Assembly: GCF_021378375.1 (NCBI RefSeq)
Contig: NZ_CP076228.1
Location: 660,001 to 692,000, forward strand
Length of the DNA stretch: 32,000 nucleotides
Origin: Wolbachia endosymbiont of Drosophila innubila
GTDB lineage: Bacteria; Pseudomonadota; Alphaproteobacteria; Rickettsiales; Anaplasmataceae
Direction: 5' to 3'
A program made the position numbers and the translations under genes. The notes beneath the pieces were generated by a model. The model had not been told where the DNA came from. It was given only the letters and a program-made list of their open reading frames with translations, and made no database searches. Shown here piece after piece: positions 1-6,885 of this stretch. The stretch's first letter is position 1; every line of letters starts with the position of its first letter.

Positions 1-216
1 TCCACGTTTTCCCACTGTTGCTGGTGCTCCGGGAACTTGCGTTGGTAATAGGCTCAAAACACCGTTTTGCTCTTCTATCGTAATATGTCGGAATCTTACC
101 GATCTACTTGGAAATAAATTTAAGCTTTCTGTTCGACCATAATTTATCGGCAATATGTTTATTGCTTTAGTTAATTCCGTCATACTAAATGCTGAATTTG
201 TAAATGGATTTTGCAT
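1..216 (-). CDS. Phage WO-like major capsid protein (gpE-like), N-terminal part, runs off the left edge
   Basis: Reverse-strand reading starts with ATG at 216 (MQNPFTNSAFSMTELTKAINILPINYGRTESLNLFPSR...) and stays open to base 1. It lies directly downstream of a gpD-like decoration gene, the usual capsid gene order. Confidence 0.72.
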   Translation of the reverse strand, partial: MQNPFTNSAFSMTELTKAINILPINYGRTESLNLFPSRSVRFRHITIEEQNGVLSLLPTQVPGAPATVGKRG

Positions 217-292
217 GTTTTTCCCCTTTAATGCTGTAGATGTTTGTTGGCTTTTAAGCCCTTTGCGAATGATTAAGATGTTTGCTGGGCTT

Positions 293-664
293 CTAAACCC
301 CTTTGCGGATAATGATGCCTCGTGCTTCAAGTTGCTTTATTGCTGCAGCTTTCTGCTCTTCTGTTATATTTGCTGGCCACACAACTGCATGATCTGCTAG
401 CATTGCTATACGTGTAATGATTACTGCTTTGGTATTTTCTTTCACGTTTACATCACTTGCTATCACTCCTATAGCTGTTTGCGTACCATCTGTTGCAGTT
501 GGATTGATAATCTTAATTACATTATCTTCAATATTACAGCCAACTACAGTACCCAAGCTTAGGTTTTGCCCCTTTGCTACTGTTATTTGGTCTCTTGAGT
601 ATAGATTTGATGCCTCATACTTTAATAGGTCACCAAGGTTATTTTGTTCGGTTATACAACTCAT
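293..664 (-). CDS. Phage head decoration protein (lambda gpD-like)
   Basis: ORF 293..691. The likely start is the internal Met (MSCITEQNNLGDLLKYE...) at 664, preceded by AGGAGAAACATTT. Protein contains GVIASDVNV and ends in a short C-terminal region typical of this family. Confidence 0.75.
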   Translation of the reverse strand: MSCITEQNNLGDLLKYEASNLYSRDQITVAKGQNLSLGTVVGCNIEDNVIKIINPTATDGTQTAIGVIASDVNVKENTKAVIITRIAMLADHAVVWPANITEEQKAAAIKQLEARGIIIRKGV

Positions 665-1700
665 AAATGTTTCTCCTATGATTGTTGTCAATAAGAAATT
701 TCATATTTTGTAAAATCTTTGAAAATCCAGTTGTTTTTAAGAGTATAGAAAATAGTTGTGAGAAACTTCCTAGCAGTAGCAATAATAGCCTTAGCAGAAC
801 CACGCTTTTTTTCACACGCTCGTAAAAACTTTTCAGATAAGGACTATAACGTATAGCAATCCAAGTACACTGTACTAAAGAAGTACGCCCAATTTTTGAT
901 CCACGTTTAGTAATTCTTCCAATTGTGCATTGTTGATTGGATTGAGAAACTCGCGGTACAACTCCAAAATAAGCTGTAAGTTTTTCAGGATTACTAAAAT
1001 CATTAATATCACCAATTGTTGCAACAAAAACTGCTGCAGAAATCGCACCAATACCTTTAATGCTGATGAGATTATTAAATCCAGGAAGCTGCTGAGCAAA
1101 AGCTATAATTTCCTTTTCAAGTTTTTTGAGACTTTCTCGAATGACTTCCAGATTACTGCTAATCACTTCAATCTCAACCTTTTCCAAGTGACTCCAATCA
1201 TGTTTACCAAGAGAGCATTCAAATCCCGCTTTGATTGTCAGTACTTCCTTTTTAATCTTTATTCCGTGGTAATTGAAAAGTCCATGTATTTTATTGATTA
1301 AAGATACCCGTGATTTTACTAACTGATCTCTTGTTTTAAGAAGAGAAGCTAACTGTTGGCATTGTTTGCTCTTGCATTTTGCTTCAGGCAACATATCTTT
1401 GCTGAGAAAAAAAGCAATAGCTCTTGCATCATGTTTATCTGTTTTGTTCACAGAACGACGAATAACTTCAAATTGCAAGGGAGCAACCACAACAACGCGC
1501 TTAACGTAAGGTGACACTTCATCATAAAAGAAACAGCTATTTCCCGTTGCCTCTAAGGCTACTTCATCTGTTTCTTGAAGATTTTTGATAAAATTACCTA
1601 AATCCTGTAAGCGAAACGTTTTAATATACTCTGGTTTTTCCTGTTCTAAGTAGCAAGCAGTGAAACTATTAGTATGTAAATCAACACCTATGTAACGCAT
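639..1700 (-). pseudogene. IS110-family transposase, C-terminus altered by a one-base frameshift
   Basis: MRYIGVDLHTNSF N-terminus (DEDD-type), KTDKHDARAIA, PGFNNLISIKGIGAISAAVFVATIGDINDFSNPEKLTAYFGVVP (Tnp_20 region). Frame breaks at the T7 run at 806-812. Adding one base gives ...YERVKKKRGSAKAIIATARKFLTTIFYTLKNNWIFKDFTKYEISY, stopping at 688. Confidence 0.88.
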
Positions 1701-1719
1701 AAATCTTCTCCCTTATTGA

Positions 1720-1942
1720 ATACTCCAACATATCAGAGTAGAATATTACCGGTTGGTCCATTCTCCTATACGCGGTCACTAAATTTTATAGGCCGCACGA
1801 TGGTTTTCGGTGGCAGGGGCGATTAATCTCCTTCACGAGGTCTTTTTCCTATACTGCAAAAAGCAGAAAGGGCCTCACAAACATTTTCAATCTGCCACCT
1901 ATCCACTCTGAGAAGGTATTATCTTCTCATGCTTCCAACCAA
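1720..1942 (-). ncRNA. Candidate structured leader / bridge-RNA region of the IS110-family element
   Basis: Noncoding region upstream of the IS110 transposase start with an 8-bp perfect long-range stem (ggtggcag 1809-1816 / ctgccacc 1893-1900), a nested ctgc/gcag hairpin (1854-1857 / 1864-1867) and gagaag/cttctc (about 1910-1929). Position matches where IS110-group bridge RNAs are encoded. Confidence 0.35.
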
Positions 1943-2129
1943 GCAATAACTATTCATACCATCTCCTTAATTGTTTTACCGCCGCTTTTGTTAGTGTTAT
2001 ATACGGCGGTTACAAGATTTGTTTACCGCGGTGTTTAAAGTTGCTATACGTCGCGGTGAAAACTTTATAATTGGCTATTCTGGCGGACTTGTTTACCGCG
2101 GCATTTGTAATTGCTGGTACCTAAATTTC

Positions 2130-2672
2130 TCAAATGCCAGATTGCGCTCGAGTTCTTGCTACCTGCATCATTAAATCTTCTGATGAACTTTGTGGTATTG
2201 TGCTCAGTATCTCTGTCTTCTTCGTTCTCTCCGCCAGTATCGACATTAATATCTCTTGGGCTTGTTTTGCGTTTACATCCTGCTCAATAAATTCTCCTAT
2301 CTTCTCTGGCATCTTTGACAAATTACACAATCTTATTACCTCTAATACTTCCTTGCGGCACCTCTCATAACCTATTCGTTTTGATTCTTCCATTAACTCA
2401 TCAGCATCGATGGTGTGGCCCTTATAGTTAAATTCAGCTTTACTCATATTGTTTCTCCTATCTATAAATTCAGAATATGTTATCACTTCATCAGCAAGTC
2501 CAATCTCTATTGCTTTCTCACCAAAATATAGCCCTGCTTCCGTTGATTTGATTTTTTCCGTGGAAAGATTCCTATTTCTTGCTACAAGCTCGACAAACAT
2601 CTCATATAGGCGGTCTACTTCATCTTGTAAGCTTTCCACACTTTCTGATGTTATCGGCTCATGCGGATTTAA
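2130..2672 (-). pseudogene. Phage minor capsid / S49-family peptidase, C-terminal fragment truncated by an IS element
   Basis: Reading continues upstream of the listed Met to the IS junction: LNPHEPITSESVESLQDEVDRLYEMFVELVARNRNLSTEKIKSTEAGLYFGEKAIEIGLADEV. This is S49/SppA-like C-terminal sequence. The N-terminal half is absent. Confidence 0.75.
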
Positions 2673-2696
2673 GAGGTTGTTCGGAAACTAGTAAAT

Positions 2697-3168
2697 TCAA
2701 GCATATTCCCTCTTTAACATAACCCTACTCATAGCTAGGTATATGAAATTCTCAGTGGATGTTGTGAGTAAATCATACTCCTTCGATAGCCTTCTATTCC
2801 TATTAACCCAAGCAAAAGTCCTTTCTACAACCCATCTTCTTGGCTGTACTTTAAACCCTTGTTCTCTTGTTGGTAGTAGCTCAGGTGGCGTATCTTTGTG
2901 CACCCAAAATCTACATGGAGGCCTTTAACAATTTCAATATCTATGTCATATTCTTCCTTTATGTGATTCTTTAAATTTCTTCCTTGGTATCCCATGTCAG
3001 CCCACATTTTTTAACTTTAGTATATTTTGTTCTCATATTGTTTAATGCTATTTTAATACCATCTCTATCATTTTCGTTAGCAGCGCCTACGTAACAACCT
3101 AGTATAAAACCCTGAGTGTCTGTAATTATATGCCTTTTTCTACCCTTTTTACTTTTTACTTCCATCAT
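2697..3168 (-). pseudogene. IS5-family transposase ORF B (copy 1), broken by two homopolymer frameshifts
   Basis: Fragments [82 protein letters not shown] and [45 protein letters not shown] lie in order in different frames. Confidence 0.85.
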
Positions 3169-3527
3169 AGCCTTTGATCCCCCTTTTCTGTAGTCTTTAC
3201 AGATTGACTATCTACTATACAGGCACTCGGCTGCTCATTCTTTCCTATTTTTCTTCTACTATATTTTGTAATTTCATAATTCATTTTCTCAAAAATTCCC
3301 TGCTTCTTCCATTGCCTGAACTGCTCATACACAGTCTTCCATAGCGGAAAATCATTTGGTAAATACCGCCATTGACACCCTGTACGCAATACATAGAAAA
3401 TTGCTTCTAATATTTCTTTTTTGCTATACTTTGGCAGCCTTCCTCCTTTCTTGTATGATACTCTGAAGTGTTTTTCTATTCTTGCCCATTCCCTTTCGCT
3501 TAGATCTGTTGGATACTTTTTTCTCAT
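3165..3527 (-). CDS. IS5-family transposase ORF A (copy 1)
   Basis: MRKKYPTDLSEREWARIEKHFRVSYKKGGRLPKYSKKEILEAIFYVLRTGCQWRYLPNDFPLWKTVYEQFRQWKKQG; identical protein to 25778..26140. Confidence 0.88.
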   Translation of the reverse strand: MRKKYPTDLSEREWARIEKHFRVSYKKGGRLPKYSKKEILEAIFYVLRTGCQWRYLPNDFPLWKTVYEQFRQWKKQGIFEKMNYEITKYSRRKIGKNEQPSACIVDSQSVKTTEKGDQRL

Positions 3528-3588
3528 CTTTACCCCGTACTAAAATTTCAGATATTATAGCCTTTTACTTGTTTCCGGACAACCTCTA

Positions 3589-4548
3589 AAGGGTGTTTTG
3601 ATAACATTAACCATGAATGGCTCATGAAGCATATTCCTATGGAGAAGAAAATTCTTCATAGCTGGTTAAAAGCTGGCTTCCTAGAATCAAAAACTCTGTA
3701 TTCCACAACTGCAGGTACCCCACAAGGTAGTATCATCTCTCCAATACTAGCAAATCTAGCCCTAAATGGACTTGAAAAATCATTGGAAAGTCAATTTGGT
3801 AAACTTGGCAGTAAAAGAAGAAGCAAAATCAGAAGTGGAGTAAATGTAATCAGGTACGCAGATGACTTTATCATTTCAGGAATCACACGTGAAGTACTGG
3901 AAAATGAAGTAAAACCTCTAGTATCGTCCTTTCTTCAGGAGAGAGGTCTTATCCTTTCCGAAGAGAAAACAAAAATTACATCTATTACAACAGGGTTTGA
4001 CTTTCTTGGTTGTAATGTACGCAGGTATAATAAGAAGTTAATTATAAAACCTTCAAAAGAAAGTATTAAGAAACTTCTTAATAAAGCACGTACATTGATA
4101 AAGGCAAACATAGCGAACACTCAGGCCGTACTAATCAAGTTGCTCAATTCCCCTATTAAGGGGATGGGAAAATTACTACAGCCATGTGTGTGCGAAAAGA
4201 GCTTTTAACAAAATAGACCATGAAATTATGTGTGCTCTATGGAAATGGGCAAAGAAAAGACATCCTCGTAAAGGATTACGTTGGATAAAGAATCGTTACT
4301 TCAAGGTAATGAAACAACGCCAATGGGTCTTTGCTGCACCCATATGCAAGAACAAACCGAAAGATAAGGTATTTAAGACTGCTTAGGTTGATTGATATAC
4401 CTATCAGACGACATGTTAAAATCAGGGCGGATGCAAATCCACTTGACTTAAAATGGAAAAGTATTTTGATGAAAGAGTGAAACAAACAAAAATGTTAGCA
4501 AGCTCTTTCTCAAGAGAAGGTTCTCTGCTGTTGGTGTCACCATTAAGA
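3589..4548 (+). pseudogene. Group II intron reverse transcriptase/maturase, 5'-truncated and frameshifted
   Basis: KGCFDNINHEWLMKHIPMEKKILHSWLKAGF...TTAGTPQGSIISPILANLALNGLE...NVIRYADDFIISG...FLGCNVRRYNKKL, frame change at the G4 run (4160-4163), then GWENYYSHVCAKRAFNKIDHEIMCALWKWAKKRHPRKGLRWIKNRYF..., with more breaks near the C-terminus. Confidence 0.87.
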
Positions 4549-4616
4549 ATGATGTTTTCTGAGGAATCATGAAGGACAAGCCGGTTCGAGAAAAGAAGGA
4601 CTTAGATAAGGGGCTC

Positions 4617-4650
4617 AAGCGTAGTGTGGAGAAACCTGCATGCTGCGTTT
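4617..4650 (+). ncRNA. Group II intron domain V
   Basis: AAGCGTAG-TGTGG-AGAAAC-CTGCA-TG-CTGCGTTT: 8-bp lower helix with the AGC triad and G.U wobble, 2-nt 3' bulge, 5-bp upper helix and a GAAA-containing loop; 34 nt in total. Confidence 0.75.
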
Positions 4651-4653
4651 CTA

Positions 4654-4690
4654 AGGGAGGGAGTAGTAGCATACTACTTCCTTACCTAAC
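4654..4690 (+). ncRNA. Group II intron domain VI and 3' splice site
   Basis: Stem AGG-GAGGGAGTAGTA / TACTACTTCCTT-A-CCT with one unpaired A (4684) seven nucleotides from the inferred 3' end ...CCTAAC. Confidence 0.68.
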
Positions 4691-5296
4691 CAGGTCGCTA
4701 AAACTAAGGGCTTTGAAAAACGCGCACAACTTTATGCTGCTAAGGCTTACTCAAGACAAGCTGATAAAGGTGATCAATATCAGGGTCTTAAAGAAATCAT
4801 TTTTATAGCTATTGCTGATTGTATTCTCTTTCCTAATAAATCTGAGTATAAGTCAGATCATGTAATGTTAGACAAAGATAGCTATGAACATGATTTAAAA
4901 GATTTTTATTTTACATTTATTGAGTTACCAAAATTTCCTAAAACTAAAGAAGACCAATTGGAGAGTATAGTTGAAAAATGGATCTATTATTTTAAATATG
5001 CAGATGAAACTAGCGAAGAAGAATTGGAAAAGATAATAGGTAGTGATGTAATAATTAAAAAGGCATATGAAGAACTAAATAGATTCAACTGGTCAGAGAA
5101 AGAATTTATTGCCTACGAACAGGAAATAAAACGTATTCGTGATGAACGGGCTGTTCTTTAACAAAAACTTGATGATGCTAAAAAGGAAGGAAAAATTGAA
5201 GTTGCAAAAACAATGCTAGCTAATAATGTTGATGTCACCACTATTGTTAAGTTTACTGGCCTCTCCATGAGTGAGATCAAAGAATTGCAGAATTAA
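4691..5296 (+). pseudogene. Rpn-family / PD-(D/E)XK nuclease-transposase, 3' exon fragment with an in-frame stop
   Basis: QVAKTKGFEKRAQLYAAKAYSRQADKGDQYQGLKEIIFIAIADCILFPNKSEYKSDHVMLDKDSYEHDLKDFYFTFIELPKF..., TAA at 5159-5161, then same frame KLDDAKKEGKIEVAKTMLANNVDVTTIVKFTGLSMSEIKELQN to 5296. Confidence 0.8.
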
Positions 5297-5402
5297 GTGG
5301 ACCCGCAAACGGTTACACGAAATAATGCTGCAGCCTGACCAGGTGATAAGTACATTTAGCCTATTTATCTTTATACTTTCATGTCAATTTTATAAATCAA
5401 AT

Positions 5403-6800
5403 TTATTTCTGTGAGTAGCTACAATTTAAAGACCTTGCTTCATCAATGTAATGGAACAAAACCTTTTTAGTAAGTTCAAAACCCTCTAAAGTCTCTCCTT
5501 CGCATCTTGCTGTAATGCAGTTTTGCGTATTTGATACCCTAAGAAGCCACCAACCTTTATTATCGGTTACCTTAACACCATCAAGATCTGAAAATACAAT
5601 ATTTTGCTGCTCCAGTGTTTTCTTTATTGACTCAATTATTTGAAACTTTTTCTTATCTTTCACTACAATCTTCACTTCATGAGTGATATATAACTTCGGT
5701 AAATCCTCAATCACCTGAGATAGGCTTTGGTTTTTCTTAAGCAAAATGTCAACTGCTTTAACAGCAGAATATAGCCCATCATCAAAACTTAGCTCAGAAA
5801 AGAAGAAGTGCCCGCTTAATTCACCAGCAAACTTTGCCTCTTCCTCTACCATCTTCTTCTTAACTAGTGAATGTCCAGTAGCACAGGTGATAACTTGCCC
5901 TCCTAACTTGCTAACAAAATCATGCACTTTCATACTCATTTTTACGTTAGCAATAACTTTGCTTTCTGGATATTCCTCCAACACTTCACGTGCAAAAATT
6001 ATAAATAAATGGTCATTGGAAACAACGTTGCCTTTATTATCAATTAAGCGCACCCTATCGCTATCGCCATCTAGCGCAATGCCAAGATCACATCCATATT
6101 CCTTCACAATGTCAATTAATTGAGCAAGATTTTTTTCCTCTATGGGATCTGGATCATGCAGTGGAAATGCCCCATCTATAGAGTTATTGGTTACGATGTG
6201 CGTATGACCAGGCAAGATCTTTTCAATATACCTTATAATTCCACTTGCTGGACTATTTCCACAATCCCAGGCTATTTTTAATTTCTGTGTAGTATCGTTC
6301 TTCACTGCACTTTTCAATATGCTAATGTACTCACTATATATATTTATGTTAATTAAGCTTCCAATTCTTGTGCTGTTTTTAATTGGACTGCTTATAATTT
6401 CCTTCATTTCTTGATCTGAGAAGACTTTTTTATTACTAAAAAATTTAAAGCCATTATATTCGCTGGGGTTATGAGAGGCAGTTATTATGATACCAAGATC
6501 CGCCTGTGTGATTTGTGTTGCAGCGTAAAGCATAGGTGAAGAGCATAGCCCAACGCGTATAACATTTGCACCGGATAAAGTTAAGCCCCTAATTAATTCT
6601 CTTTCTATACCTGGTGAATCTATTCTGCTGTCGTAGCCGACACAAACACTAGCTACGGTTTGGCCAAACTTTCTACCTATCTCGTACCCATCATTAATCT
6701 GCAAATCTTTGCCTACTATACCTCTAATATCGTATTTTCTTATAATGGTATTGTCCATACTGTACTTCTTGAAGTGACTACTATATAACATTTTGGCCAA
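5403..6800 (-). CDS. Phosphomannomutase/phosphoglucomutase (alpha-D-phosphohexomutase family)
   Basis: KYDIRGIVG, VCVGYDSR, catalytic TASHNPSEYNGFK, metal-binding ALDGDSDRVRL, ELSGHFFF. The true start is probably MDNTIIRKYDIRG rather than the outermost Met. Confidence 0.92.
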   Translation of the reverse strand: MAKMLYSSHFKKYSMDNTIIRKYDIRGIVGKDLQINDGYEIGRKFGQTVASVCVGYDSRIDSPGIERELIRGLTLSGANVIRVGLCSSPMLYAATQITQADLGIIITASHNPSEYNGFKFFSNKKVFSDQEMKEIISSPIKNSTRIGSLININIYSEYISILKSAVKNDTTQKLKIAWDCGNSPASGIIRYIEKILPGHTHIVTNNSIDGAFPLHDPDPIEEKNLAQLIDIVKEYGCDLGIALDGDSDRVRLIDNKGNVVSNDHLFIIFAREVLEEYPESKVIANVKMSMKVHDFVSKLGGQVITCATGHSLVKKKMVEEEAKFAGELSGHFFFSELSFDDGLYSAVKAVDILLKKNQSLSQVIEDLPKLYITHEVKIVVKDKKKFQIIESIKKTLEQQNIVFSDLDGVKVTDNKGWWLLRVSNTQNCITARCEGETLEGFELTKKVLFHYIDEARSLNCSYSQK

Positions 6801-6885
6801 ATGCTCAAGTTTATTTATTCAACAATTAGTTGATTTTTTAAAGAAATCTGTTAGTATTATAGTATATTTTTTAAAATGTAAAATT

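Larger units (their letters stand above)
2673..3586 (-). mobile_element. IS5-family insertion sequence (ISWpi1-like), copy 1, 914 bp, decayed
   Basis: Terminal inverted repeats GAGGTTGTTCGGAAACTAGTAAA / TTTACTTGTTTCCGGACAACCTC. TAA on both sides (2670-2672, 3587-3589). Nearly identical to the element at 25285..26199. Confidence 0.9.
3587..4690 (+). mobile_element. Group II intron remnant (3' part: RT/maturase fragment plus domains V and VI)
   Basis: Contains the YADD reverse-transcriptase motif, a maturase X / HNH-side tail, then a 34-nt domain V fold (4617-4650) and a domain VI fold with a bulged A at 4684. 3' end inferred at 4690. The 5' half is missing at the IS5 junction. Confidence 0.82.

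Noticed and set aside
155-400. ORF of 81 aa on the plus strand
   Set aside because: Antisense to the capsid and decoration genes, Cys/Phe-rich low-complexity composition, no recognisable family.
930-1301. 123-aa ORF on the plus strand
   Set aside because: Lies entirely antisense to the IS110 transposase and has no coding character.
1971-2101. CRISPR or classical iteron array
   Set aside because: Spacing is irregular and the units are too degenerate to claim either; kept only as an unexplained repeat pattern.
3935-4672. Minus-strand ORFs (3935, 4276, 4448) across the group II intron
   Set aside because: Antisense to the maturase and domain V/VI region with no supporting motifs.
5746-6123. 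125-aa ORF antisense to the phosphomannomutase-like gene
   Set aside because: Shadow ORF of a well-supported gene with conserved catalytic motifs.
6793-6885. N-terminal extension MAKCSSLFIQQLVDFLKKSVSIIVYFLKCKI of the coiled-coil protein as a signal/TM segment
   Set aside because: Possible but unlikely: it overlaps the divergent neighbour and a start at 6886 is more plausible. Left open pending transcript start mapping.
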